A stretch of 64,000 bases of DNA. It comes from an uncultured Gemmatimonadaceae bacterium (GTDB lineage Bacteria > Gemmatimonadota > Gemmatimonadetes > Gemmatimonadales > Gemmatimonadaceae). The notes under the pieces are model-generated. The model was not told the DNA's origin. It did no database searches and was given only the letters and a program-made list of their open reading frames with translations. This document shows positions 11,006-20,973 of this stretch, piece by piece; within the stretch, counting starts at the first letter, position 1; each line of letters begins with the position of its first letter. A program made the translations under genes and the position numbers. The stretch lies in assembly GCA_963829055.1 (NCBI GenBank), contig CAWHHI010000003.1:64001-128000 (forward strand), given 5' to 3'.

Positions 11006-12390
11006 ATGGCTGACACATCTACCAACAGCTGGAAGCTTCTGTACGAGGCCGGGCGACAAGCGCTCCAGGCCCGGAAGCTTCAAGAGGCCGAGCAGTCTTT
11101 CTCGGCCGCGCTGCAGCTCGCCGAGGATTTCGCCGGTGGCGATCCGCGGCTTGCTGCGACACTCAACGCGCTCGCGCGCATCTATTCGCTGCAGCGACGA
11201 TATCTCGCCGCCGCCGCGCTGCTCAATCGATTGCTCGAAGTCACCGAGCGAACACTCGGCCCTTCACACGTGCAGGTCGCCGGCGTTCTCACGAACCTCG
11301 CCGAGATGTACACGCACCTCGGTGCGGCGCGCGAGGAGCTCGAGCTCCGCGAACGTGTGCTGAGCATTCGGGCCGACGACGCCAATGCGGATGCGACGTC
11401 GGTTCAACGACTGCGCGACCGCATTCAGGAGCTTCGCGCGACGCTCGCCGCGCAGGAACCGCCAATCGTCGACGACGAATTCGACGTCCCGCCGGTGGTA
11501 CGGACAGCCGAGTACAGCTCGCCGATCACGATGGGAAGCGAGCCCGAGGTGGCGGTGGTCGCGGAGCCGTTCGCCGCGCAACCCGCCGAGACGGCGGAGA
11601 CAGCGACTGACATCGAAATGCCGGCGCCTGCCGGTCGCGACGATGCGTATAGCATGTCGCCGTATCCCGTGTCACCAGCCATGGCGCAGCTCTCGATCGC
11701 ACCATGGCCCGGTGCGGCGGCAACTGGGACTACGCCGACGAGCGGTAAGACGATCGAGATGGAGCAGCCGATGGCGGCGGCCGCGGTCGTCACGCCTGCG
11801 CCGGCGGTGGAGATCATTCCGGTGACCGAGCGATCAGCGATGTCATTCGTCGGCTCGCATGGACCACGGATTCTCCGACATGGGACGCGACGAGCTTCAG
11901 CTACCCGCATCGCGCCGGATGAGCGGTCGCTCGAGCCTCTACTCGATCGCGGCGGGCGTGGTGCTCGTTGCGGGCCTGATCGCGGCGCGCGGCTACGTGA
12001 AGAGCGCGGATGATCCGAGCATTTCCGCGGGCTCGGTGAATCTGGCGAGCTGTGGCACCGGCCAGACCTGTCGCGCCGCCGGTCGCTGCGCCGGTCGCTG
12101 CGCCGGTCGTTACTCCGGAGCCCGAGGCACGGACGGTCGAGCGGCTCATCGCAGATCACCGCGCAGAGAAGGAAGCGCGCCGTGCCGCGACCGAGTCACC
12201 GGATCGCGATGTGACCAACCTTGATTCAGCACCCCGAATCCCGAGCGCCGCGGACCTCGAGCGCACGCTGCGGAGCGTTGACGGCGCGGTGAAGGCCATC
12301 GACCAGCGCACGAGGGCGGCGACGGATTCCGCATCGCGCCTGCGGTTACAGACGCCGACCTTCAAGAAGGTGAAGGTCGCGGATCCCTGA
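11006..12390 (+). CDS. TPR-domain protein with Pro/Ala-rich linker and a probable transmembrane helix, frameshifted
   Basis: GAGGAG RBS; kinesin-light-chain-like TPRs (PRLAATLNALARIY, LGPSHVQVAGVLTNLAEMY). The hydrophobic segment YSIAAGVVLVAGLIAA and the C-terminus lie in other frames. Confidence 0.7.
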
Positions 12391-12478
12391 GCCTCCGCGG
12401 CGTGATGGCGCAGCACGGGACGGCACGTGAACGAGCTGTACGGCACGTTGCACCCTCGGTGATCTCGGTGATCTCGTG

Positions 12479-12508
12479 AAAGGCGGCGCCTCTGGAGGCG
12501 CCGCCTTT
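12479..12508. terminator. Bidirectional-type intrinsic terminator
   Basis: AAAGGCGGCGCCTC-TG-GAGGCGCCGCCTTT perfect hairpin. Confidence 0.8.
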
Positions 12509-12594
12509 TGCCATCGCGGCCAAATCGCGTCAGATGAGGGCCTAAAGGTGCTGTTTCGCCGGTGCGGTCCCGGAGGCACATTTCGCGGCTCGCC

Positions 12595-14400
12595 ATGTAC
12601 CAGCTACGCATGATGCATCGCCACTTGTTGTTGCCGCTGCTTGCCGCCGGAGTCGTCGGTGTCCTGGCGCGGCCCGCCGCTGCACAGGTCACGTCCGTCC
12701 GCAGCGGCAGCGAGAAGTTCGATCGCGACTCTGCACGCGGTTCCGAGGTGCTCCTGGACGCGGACGCAATCGCGAACGCGGCGCGCACGTCCCAGCTGCA
12801 GTTCGAGCAGTTCCGGAGGACCAATCTCCCGGAGTCGCACTCATCGCGTGGCGGTGGCTCGTGCGATGAGCAGGTGGGCCGATTCTGCTACTGGTACGAC
12901 GAGAAGGAACCGCCAGCCCCGCGCGAGCCCGATCGCATTCGTGACGCGCGAACGCGATTGATCTCGTTGTTCGATTCGGCGGCGGCGGCGAATCCGGCGA
13001 ACTTCTGGGTGGCATCGCAGCGCGTTCGCTATCTGTCCGAGGCGGGCCGCGCGCGCGATGCGATCGCGGCCGCTCTGGCGTGTAAAGGCGAGACCTGGCG
13101 CTGCAGCACGCTCGTTGGGTTCGCGTATCATGAGGCGGGCGATTACGTGCACGCGGACAGCACGTATCAGGCGGCGCTCCGCGTCATGCCCACGCGCGAG
13201 CGCTGTGACTGGGAAGACATCTCGCTGCTGCTCGACGAAGAGCTGCTGCCCCGGTACCGTGCGCAGCAGTGCGGGGACTCGACGCGACTGGCGTTCGAGC
13301 GGCGCGTGTGGTGGCTCGCGCGGCCGCTGTTCGCGATGCCGGTGAACGATGCGCGCACTGAGCACTACGCGCGCGTGACGATGTCGCACATGCTGGCCGA
13401 GGCGCCATCGGCGCACGAGGGCGGGTTCGACCAGGACGAGCGTGAGCTGTTGCTGCGCTACAGCTGGCCGCGCGCGTGGTCCCGCACGGGAGGCGGGTTC
13501 GGCGGCGGCCCGTCGTCGGTCGTGGGGCACGAGCCGACCCCGGCATACCCGTATCTGCCTAACGCGTTGGTGTACGACAACCCGGTGAACACCGACTCGC
13601 TGCGGTGGACGACACGACCGGGTGTGGTACACGCGCGGTACGCGCCGGCGTACGCGACGCCGTTGCTGCGCCTCGAGCATCAGTCGGCGCTGTTCCGCCG
13701 CGGCGATTCCTCGCTCGTCGTGCTCGCGTACGACCTGCGCAGCGACTCGGTGCTGGCGCGGGCGAACGACGTGCGGGCGGCGCTCGTGTTGACGCGCGGC
13801 GACGAGCACGACGCGACGATCGTCCGCGCGCCTAACAAGTCCCGCGGCGTCATCACGGCGCACAGCGTGTGGGCCCCGCTGCTCATGAGCGCCGAGGTCA
13901 CGTCGCCGACGGTGCAGCGCAGTGCGCGGGCGCGCTACGGGATCCGCCCGCCGTACGCGGTGGGCGCGCGAGTGTCGCTCTCGGACCTGCTGTTGTTCGA
14001 GCCGTACGGTCAGCTGCCGGCGTCGCTCGACGAGGTCATCCCGCACGCGATGCCGACACTACGCGTGCGTCCGGACCGGAAGGTCGGGTTCTACTGGGAG
14101 GCGTACGGCACGAACCCGGCGGGCGAGGTGATGAACATCAGCGTCGTGGTGGCGCCGGAGGTGACGGATGAGCCGACGCGCGCGCAGCGTCTCAAGCGCG
14201 CGCTGCGCGTGTGGAAAGAGGCGAAGCCCGTGAGCATACAGGTGCAGGATGTCTCGGCCCGTGGCCAGACGACTTCTGCCCGCGCGGTCGAGGTGGACAT
14301 CTCGACGCTCCCGCCAGGCCCGTATCTCGTGGAGCTCGAGATCGAGGTCGCGCAGCAGTATCACATTAGAGCGGAGCGTCGGATCGTCGTCGTCGAGTAG
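12595..14400 (+). CDS. Secreted hypothetical protein, distantly GWxTD-like, with a C-terminal Ig-like domain
   Basis: Long ORF with signal peptide (LLLPLLAAGVVGVLARPAAA); NDARTEHYARV and ELLLRYSWP segments; C-terminal LPPGPYLVELEI. Confidence 0.65.
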   Translation: MYQLRMMHRHLLLPLLAAGVVGVLARPAAAQVTSVRSGSEKFDRDSARGSEVLLDADAIANAARTSQLQFEQFRRTNLPESHSSRGGGSCDEQVGRFCYWYDEKEPPAPREPDRIRDARTRLISLFDSAAAANPANFWVASQRVRYLSEAGRARDAIAAALACKGETWRCSTLVGFAYHEAGDYVHADSTYQAALRVMPTRERCDWEDISLLLDEELLPRYRAQQCGDSTRLAFERRVWWLARPLFAMPVNDARTEHYARVTMSHMLAEAPSAHEGGFDQDERELLLRYSWPRAWSRTGGGFGGGPSSVVGHEPTPAYPYLPNALVYDNPVNTDSLRWTTRPGVVHARYAPAYATPLLRLEHQSALFRRGDSSLVVLAYDLRSDSVLARANDVRAALVLTRGDEHDATIVRAPNKSRGVITAHSVWAPLLMSAEVTSPTVQRSARARYGIRPPYAVGARVSLSDLLLFEPYGQLPASLDEVIPHAMPTLRVRPDRKVGFYWEAYGTNPAGEVMNISVVVAPEVTDEPTRAQRLKRALRVWKEAKPVSIQVQDVSARGQTTSARAVEVDISTLPPGPYLVELEIEVAQQYHIRAERRIVVVE

Positions 14401-14484
14401 TCCGCTGCGGGCTGCTCGCTGCGTGGTTGCATTGGGGCGCGCGGGGCTGGTCTAGACCGTCGCGGCGCTAGGCGCGGGCACTCG

Positions 14485-14905
14485 GCTCCGGTGGCCACGC
14501 GCTTACACGCCTCGAGCCAGGGGTACCGAACTCCGTGGCTGTGAGGGTGGCTCGGCCCCGCTCGTCTCGGGGCTACGCGCGAGGCCCCCTACGCCGAGCG
14601 CCCGCGCCCCACGGTCATAGCACGCTCCGGGGCCGGCCGCTCGTCACCGCCCACGCATCGCGACTACGCCCAGCGCGCAGCAAGTCCGCGTCTCCTCTCC
14701 GCCCGTACGGCCCGCGTTAGGGCGCGCACTTGCTGGGTGCTGCGCGCTGCTTACCCTGACGTTCGGGATGCGTACCAGGAGGCGGGGGTGTCGCGTCGTA
14801 GGCGTCGTTGGCGCGTAGCCCCGAGACGACGGGGCCGAGCCAGTCTGCCCTACACGGAGCCCGGTACCCGTCGGCTCGAGGCGTGTAAGCGCCTACGGCG
14901 CCGGA
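14485..14905. repeat. Long imperfect inverted repeat between convergent genes
   Basis: 14499-14518 pairs perfectly with 14873-14892. 14548-14580 pairs with 14811-14842 with one bulge. Confidence 0.85.
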
Positions 14906-14971
14906 GACGCGATGCCCCCGCCGACAAGACAGCGATCCCGAACGTCGAACCACCGAGCAGCACGCAGCGCG

Positions 14972-16423
14972 CTACTGCGCCGCGTACTTTGCCGCGAGCG
15001 ACGCCAAGCCCGCGTCGATCTCCGCGGCCGGGACCCAGCGACCGCGCACCATCACACCCGCGCGCTTGGTGAGGTTGTCCAGCGATTGCAGCGGGTTCGC
15101 GTCGAGCAGCACGAGGTCCGCCCAGTTGCCGACCGCCACCGTTCCGAATTTTCCGTCCTGCTTCAGATCGCGCTCGACGTACAGGCCAACGTTTTTCGTG
15201 CCCGACTCGAGCACCTGGTACGGTGTCAGGCCCGCTTCACCCATGAGGCGCAGCTCGCGATGCAGGGCGAAGCCCGGGACGTTGAACATCTGCGGCGAAT
15301 CGGTGCCCATGAGGAGCGGCGCGCCGGCGTCGGCGAGCGCCTTGAGAAATTTCCGACGATGCGAGAGCAGCTGCTGCGCGAGCTCCGGCGTCACGCCGCC
15401 CTGCGTTAGACCTTGCGCCTGATTCCGCTTCTGCGTGATCCAGCCGTTCACCCATTGCTTCGGCGCGTACTTCATCTCGGGGCGCTGTGCGGCCGACTCC
15501 GGGGCGAATGTTCCGTACAGGCTCTCCCAGAGGAACACCGTCGGCACGTTCCAGACGCCAGCGTCTTTCGTCCGGCGCGCGAGCTCGCGGAGCTTGTCGT
15601 CGGTAACGCCCGCCATCCACTCGCTGAACGGCACCTGCTCCGTCGGCGACATGATGCGGCGCTTCAGTGGGTCGGGGACCGCGCCTTCGATGTAGCCGTC
15701 GAGGTGATCCACCGTCGATTGACGTACCTCGAGCGTGCGGTCGATCCCGACCTGCTGGGACACGTGGCCGCCGAACGTGATGCCGACTTCGCGCGCGACG
15801 CGCACGGCGCTATCGTACGTGGCCCGCGTTAGGCCCGGGTGCAGCTTCAGGAGGTCGTAGCCGGCCGCTTTGTGCGCGCGCACGAGCTTCATGGCCGTAT
15901 CCGGGTTCGGCGCGCTGTTGCCATTGAGTGAGGGCGCGGCGACGAACATCGTGGGCCCGAGGACTTCGCCCTTCTGCAGCTGCCCGCGCAGCACGAGCTG
16001 GTTCGGAGCGCCAAGCATGGCGCGGATGGTGGTGACGCCGTTCGCGACGTACAGGAACATGATGTCGCGATTCAGCTCCTGCGGCTGCGCCGGGCCGAGC
16101 ACGTGCGCGTGCATCTCGGCGAGGCCAGGCATGAGGTACTTGCCGCGACCATCGATGCGCTGCGCGTCAGGCGGCACACGAACCGAGGCTGACGGTCCGA
16201 CGGCGGCGATACGTCCGTCGCGCACGAGCACGGTCTGACCGGTGAGCACGCGATCGCGGTCCATCGGCAGGACGCTGACGTCGACGAACGCGAATGTCCC
16301 GGCTGCCGAGCTTCGGTGCGCCGGCGTTGGCGTCCGGACTTTCACGCCGGGCGAGAACGCCGTCGCGGCGAGTATGCTCGAGCCAAGGAATGCGGCTGCG
16401 ATGAGACGTGTTCTGTTCGACAT
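14972..16423 (-). CDS. Secreted amidohydrolase-family protein
   Basis: IDGRGKYLMPGLAEMHAH, GVTTIRAM, MGTDSPQ and ADLVLLDANP. Confidence 0.92.
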   Translation of the reverse strand: MSNRTRLIAAAFLGSSILAATAFSPGVKVRTPTPAHRSSAAGTFAFVDVSVLPMDRDRVLTGQTVLVRDGRIAAVGPSASVRVPPDAQRIDGRGKYLMPGLAEMHAHVLGPAQPQELNRDIMFLYVANGVTTIRAMLGAPNQLVLRGQLQKGEVLGPTMFVAAPSLNGNSAPNPDTAMKLVRAHKAAGYDLLKLHPGLTRATYDSAVRVAREVGITFGGHVSQQVGIDRTLEVRQSTVDHLDGYIEGAVPDPLKRRIMSPTEQVPFSEWMAGVTDDKLRELARRTKDAGVWNVPTVFLWESLYGTFAPESAAQRPEMKYAPKQWVNGWITQKRNQAQGLTQGGVTPELAQQLLSHRRKFLKALADAGAPLLMGTDSPQMFNVPGFALHRELRLMGEAGLTPYQVLESGTKNVGLYVERDLKQDGKFGTVAVGNWADLVLLDANPLQSLDNLTKRAGVMVRGRWVPAAEIDAGLASLAAKYAAQ

Positions 16424-16652
16424 AATGCTCTCGACCGGTGAAGTTGTCCGAGCGCCCCTGCTGCGCGTGGCAAGACAGCGCGATCAAGCTACGCCGTGAT
16501 GGCCGTGATGTGGGCCATACAACGGTTCATCACACCACAGCGTTACGTTTTTGCTGTCCCTGTCCATGATGGACCGGGGCGTTTGTCGCCTCCGATCCGG
16601 TCGTCTCCGACCAGGCAGTCCGGTTCGCGCAGTCCCCCTCCCGTTACAGTCC

Positions 16653-19600
16653 ATGCGACCCATTTCCATTCTCCCGTTTCTCGCCGCAACGGCTCTCGCG
16701 GGCTCAGCGGCGTTTGCACAGTCAGCGCGTCCGCCGCTCGACTCGGCGACGGTGGCCGGCTTTCGTTGGCGCACCGTCGGCCCGGCCAATTTCGAAGGCC
16801 GAGTCGCGGACGTCGTCGGCATCCCGAGTCCGTCGAAGACGTTCTTCGTGGCTGCGGCGGGCGGCGGCATCTGGAAGACGACGAATGCGGGCACGACCTT
16901 CCGCCCGGTGTTCGATGACTATCCCGTGGTGGCGATGGGCTCGCTCGCGATCGCGCCGTCCGACACGCAGCAGGTGTGGGCGGGCACCGGCGAGCAGAAC
17001 TCGCGCAACACCATCGAGCCCGGGCAGGGCATCTACAAGTCCACCGACGGTGGGCTCAAGTGGAAGCTCATGGGTCTCGAAAAAACGCAGCACATCGGGC
17101 GCATTGTGGTGCATCCGACCAACCCCAACATCGTCTACGTGGCGGCGCTGGGCGCGGCGTGGAAATCGAATCCCGAGCGCGGCCTCTACAAGACGGAGGA
17201 CGGCGGGACGACCTGGAAGCTCATCAAGTTCGTCAGCGACAAGGCCGGGTTCATCGATGTCGCGCTCGACCCGAAGAACCCGAACGTCGTCTGGGCTTCG
17301 AGCTACGAACGGTCGCGCGGTCCGTACTTCCTGAAGTCGGGCGGTCCGGGCTCGGCGCTGTGGAAGTCGACCGACGCGGGCGCGACGTGGACCGAGGTGA
17401 AGGGCGGCGGCTTCCCGGAGACGCAGAAGGGCCGCATCAGCTTCTCGATCTTCCCCGAGAACACGGACATCGTCTACGCGATGGTCGAGGCCGACTCCAT
17501 TCGCGGCCAGAAGGCGGCGCCCGGCGCGAAGCGGCAGAAGCTCGGGAACGGCCTCTATCGCACGAAGGACGGCGGCAAGACGTGGGAGAAGATGAACGAC
17601 GCGAACACGCGGCCGTTCTACTACTCGCAGGTGCGCGTTCATCCGAAGAACCCGGAGAAGGTGTGGTTCTCGTCGACATCGGTGCTCGTGTCGAACGACG
17701 GCGGCAAGACGGCCCGCACCGCGACGCAGGGCGTCCACGTCGACCACCACGCAATGTGGATCGACCCTAACGATCCCGATCATTTCGTCGTCGGCGACGA
17801 CGGTGGCATCTCGATGACGTGGGACGGCGGCGGCAACTACGACTTCGCCGCCACGCTGCCGCTCGCGCAGTTCTACTCGGTGAGCTTCGACTTCGAGACG
17901 CCATACAACATCTGCGCTGGGGCGCAGGACAACGGGTCGTGGTGCGGCCCGAGCCGCCGGAAGCAGGGCCCGGTGACGAACGCGTACTGGTTCACGTACT
18001 CCGGCGGCGACGGCTTCTGGACGGCGCAGCACCCGACCGAGCCGCACATCATCTTCGGCGAGTCGCAGGGCGGCAACATCCAGCGCTGGGACACGAAGAA
18101 CGGGACGACGACCAATCTCGTCAAGCCGTCGTGGCGCCCGCGTTATGCGATGTACGAGGACTCGATTCTCGTCACGCGCGGCGACAGCGCGACGCCAGCG
18201 AACAAGGATCAGCAGTCGCGGATCGCGCAGTACCGCTCGAAGCAGAAGGCCGACTCGGCCGAGCTCGACGTGCGCTTCAACTGGGAGACGCCGTATTTCC
18301 TCTCCCCGCATAACGCGGACGTCATGTACGTCGGTGGAAACCGCGTGCTCAAGTCGACGCAGCGCGGCGACAACCTCTATCCGATCTCGCCCGATCTTTC
18401 CAAGAAGCAGATGGCGAAGATCGATACGAGCATGAACAAGACGGGCGGCATCACGCTGGACGCGACGGGCGCCGAAACGTACGGGACAGTTGTCGCGCTG
18501 GCGGAGTCGTACGTGCGCCCTGGCTTTCTCGCGGCGGGCACGGACGATGGCAACTTCTGGGTCACGAAGAACGACGGCGCGACGTGGGAGCAGATTCCCG
18601 CCGCGCGGTTCGCGGGACTCGCATCGGGCGACGTCTACGTGAGCCGCATCGAGCCGTCGCACTTCGATTCGCTGACGTTCTACGTCACGTTCGACAACCA
18701 TCGCTGGAACGATTTCACGCCGTACCTGTACGTGACCAACGATTACGGGAAGACGTTCCGCTCGCTGGTGAACAACCTCCCGAAGGAGAGCGTCGCGGAC
18801 TTCGTGCACACGGTGCGTGAGGACCCGTACAACCGCGACCTGCTGTTCGTCGGTACGTCGCGCGCGGTGTACACGTCGCTCGACCGCGGACAGAGCTGGC
18901 AGCGGCTCATGTCGGGGATGCCCACGGTACCGGTGTACGACCTCAAGATCCACCCGCGGGACCGCGAGCTGATCGCGGCAACGCACGGGCGCGGCGTCTG
19001 GATCGTCGACATCACGCCGCTCGAGCAGCTGGCCGGTGCCAACGGGACCAAGGTCGTGGCCGATGCGGCGTATCTGTTCCAGCCGAAAACGGCGTACGAG
19101 TACGGTCAGGGTCCGGCGTTAGGCGCCTCGGCGAACGGCGAGGGTCATAAGGTGTTCAACGCGCCGAGTCCGGCGTATGGTGCCGAGATCGTCTATCGTG
19201 TAGGGGCGGGCGCGATGGCGAACGCGTCGTCTTCGGACAACGACGGGAACAATGCCGCACCGGCCGCGGCAGCGGCACCTAACGCTGGAGGCTCGGCGGC
19301 GCGCGGCCAGGGGCAGCGCGGTCAGCGGGGCCCGCAGGCGCAGATTCTCATCACGAACGCGAAGGGCGACACGGTGCGGACGCTCACCGGCCCGGCGTCG
19401 GCGGGTCTGCATCGCGTGACGTGGGACTTCCGCGGCCGCGCCGCACCGCGGGCTCCGCTCTCGCCGTCGCAGTTGCGCGACAGCGTGATCGCGGCGCGGC
19501 GGATGGACTTCGTGTTCGACTCGCTCGAGAAGGCGGGGACGATGCCGAAGCCGGCGCTCGACCGAATCCGGCAGGCGATGGCCGGCGGCGACATCGGCGC

Positions 19601-19994
19601 GTTGTTCCGCGGCGGCGGTGGCCGAGGCGCCGGCGGTGGTGGTGCATGGAACCCGCGCCCCGGTGAGGGCGCCGTCATCGGCGCGGCAGGTGCCCGTGGC
19701 GGAGAAGGTGCCGCCGAGGGTGCCGCCAGCGACAATCCGGCTGATGCGTTGAACGCATTCCCGGGCGGTGCGCAGGAACTGCAGCAGTTGCTGCGTCCAC
19801 CGGGTCAGCAGGGTGGACGTGGCGGTGGCGGCGGTGGGCGCGGCGCACAGGCGCCGGTGGTCAATAGCGGCGACTACCTCGTCACGCTCACCGTCGGCGG
19901 CAAGACGTACAAGCAGCTGCTGCGAGTCGAGCGCGTAAGCGGCGGCGACGACACCGGCGGCGGCTTCGGCGGCGACGACGACAAGGAGCCGTAA
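16653..19994 (+). CDS. Secreted VPS10/BNR-repeat (beta-propeller) glycosyl-hydrolase-like protein
   Basis: WRTVGPANFEGRV; many S/T-x-D-G-G-x-T-W Asp-box repeats; Gly-rich C-terminus. Start placed at ATG 16653, before the signal peptide. Confidence 0.9.
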   Translation: MRPISILPFLAATALAGSAAFAQSARPPLDSATVAGFRWRTVGPANFEGRVADVVGIPSPSKTFFVAAAGGGIWKTTNAGTTFRPVFDDYPVVAMGSLAIAPSDTQQVWAGTGEQNSRNTIEPGQGIYKSTDGGLKWKLMGLEKTQHIGRIVVHPTNPNIVYVAALGAAWKSNPERGLYKTEDGGTTWKLIKFVSDKAGFIDVALDPKNPNVVWASSYERSRGPYFLKSGGPGSALWKSTDAGATWTEVKGGGFPETQKGRISFSIFPENTDIVYAMVEADSIRGQKAAPGAKRQKLGNGLYRTKDGGKTWEKMNDANTRPFYYSQVRVHPKNPEKVWFSSTSVLVSNDGGKTARTATQGVHVDHHAMWIDPNDPDHFVVGDDGGISMTWDGGGNYDFAATLPLAQFYSVSFDFETPYNICAGAQDNGSWCGPSRRKQGPVTNAYWFTYSGGDGFWTAQHPTEPHIIFGESQGGNIQRWDTKNGTTTNLVKPSWRPRYAMYEDSILVTRGDSATPANKDQQSRIAQYRSKQKADSAELDVRFNWETPYFLSPHNADVMYVGGNRVLKSTQRGDNLYPISPDLSKKQMAKIDTSMNKTGGITLDATGAETYGTVVALAESYVRPGFLAAGTDDGNFWVTKNDGATWEQIPAARFAGLASGDVYVSRIEPSHFDSLTFYVTFDNHRWNDFTPYLYVTNDYGKTFRSLVNNLPKESVADFVHTVREDPYNRDLLFVGTSRAVYTSLDRGQSWQRLMSGMPTVPVYDLKIHPRDRELIAATHGRGVWIVDITPLEQLAGANGTKVVADAAYLFQPKTAYEYGQGPALGASANGEGHKVFNAPSPAYGAEIVYRVGAGAMANASSSDNDGNNAAPAAAAAPNAGGSAARGQGQRGQRGPQAQILITNAKGDTVRTLTGPASAGLHRVTWDFRGRAAPRAPLSPSQLRDSVIAARRMDFVFDSLEKAGTMPKPALDRIRQAMAGGDIGALFRGGGGRGAGGGGAWNPRPGEGAVIGAAGARGGEGAAEGAASDNPADALNAFPGGAQELQQLLRPPGQQGGRGGGGGGRGAQAPVVNSGDYLVTLTVGGKTYKQLLRVERVSGGDDTGGGFGGDDDKEP

Positions 19995-20021
19995 CGTCCT
20001 CCGGCGATTGATGCAATGTGT

Positions 20022-20049
20022 GAAGGGCCGCCTAACAAGGCGGCCCTTC
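20022..20049 (+). terminator. Hairpin/terminator
   Basis: GAAGGGCCGCC-TAACAA-GGCGGCCCTTC. Confidence 0.7.
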
Positions 20050-20347
20050 TGCATCTTGCGTCACTGCCGCGTTAGGTGTGAGCGACGTCACGCGCGTCGT
20101 GAAGCGCGGGATGGTGGGGGCGTTCGACACCGAGCATCACGCGCTTGGACCTCTGCCATACCGATGGCGATCTGCACTAGGTCGTGTTTGCCGGCAAGCC
20201 GGTTGAAGACGAGTTGAGTGCGTGGAATTCGAAGCAACGATCGCGAACGGCTGAGGCACGTGTATTGACTTGCTTCTGGGTCGCGAAACCTGTCGACGCT
20301 GTCGTCGCGGGTTGACGAGAGGCCCACCAGAAGGAGTCGAACGCCGG

Positions 20348-20554
20348 ATGACTAACCCTCGCCTTTGCTTCGTCGACTCGTTGGGAACCGATTGGCGCAT
20401 CTATGAAGTCGCGTCGGCGAATGTCCCTGCTCCGCGCGGCCGCAATTGCCTGATCTTCGAGTCTTCCCAGGCCGTTCGCCGCGTCTGGAATTATCCGAAC
20501 AACTGGCACAACCTCACGTCCGATGAGCTCAGTGCGCTGAGCTGGAATACCTGA
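20348..20554 (+). CDS. Small hypothetical protein (68 aa)
   Basis: AAGGAG RBS; globular-looking sequence FVDSLGTDWRIYEV...CLIFES...RRVWNYPNNWHNL. Confidence 0.7.
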   Translation: MTNPRLCFVDSLGTDWRIYEVASANVPAPRGRNCLIFESSQAVRRVWNYPNNWHNLTSDELSALSWNT

Positions 20555-20973
20555 TTCGGCATACCTGAATCCTCCTCGATCTGCTCGCGACACCGATCGA
20601 CACGTTACGCCGGGACGTACCGCTACCGTGCGCCTCCTCGACACCACTCGGTAAGCTGCTCTCCTCTCACCGCCCGGTAGCGGTGCTTCTTTCCCCCGGA
20701 ACCTTTCCGGTTCCGAGGGATTTTCTCGTCTCTCAAGCACCGGGAGCCTGTGACGTCTGACCGCTGCCATAGGTCGGTCAGTACACCCGTCCGTCAGTGC
20801 CATCGGGTCACCGAAGGTCGGCACGGGTTGCCTAGGTCATTTGACGGATGTCATCCCCGGTGCCACGGCGATATCGTTGCACATCGCCCAATGCCGATCC
20901 AGCGAGGGCACGCAGCCGTCACACGAGTGTACGACTGAACAAGCGGTCCTGTTATGAAGCGAGGCAGTCGGAA

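Noticed and set aside
12066..12112. Tandem GCGCCGGTCGCT repeats
   Set aside because: Encode a PVAA linker in the TPR protein; ordinary low-complexity sequence.
16722..18986. Long antisense ORFs (754 aa here; also 32337..33863, 12841..14046 and 59550..60797)
   Set aside because: Shadow ORFs opposite well-supported genes, expected in high-GC DNA; Arg-rich with no motifs.
19590..19990. GGC-rich tracts
   Set aside because: Gly-rich coding linkers of the VPS10-type protein.
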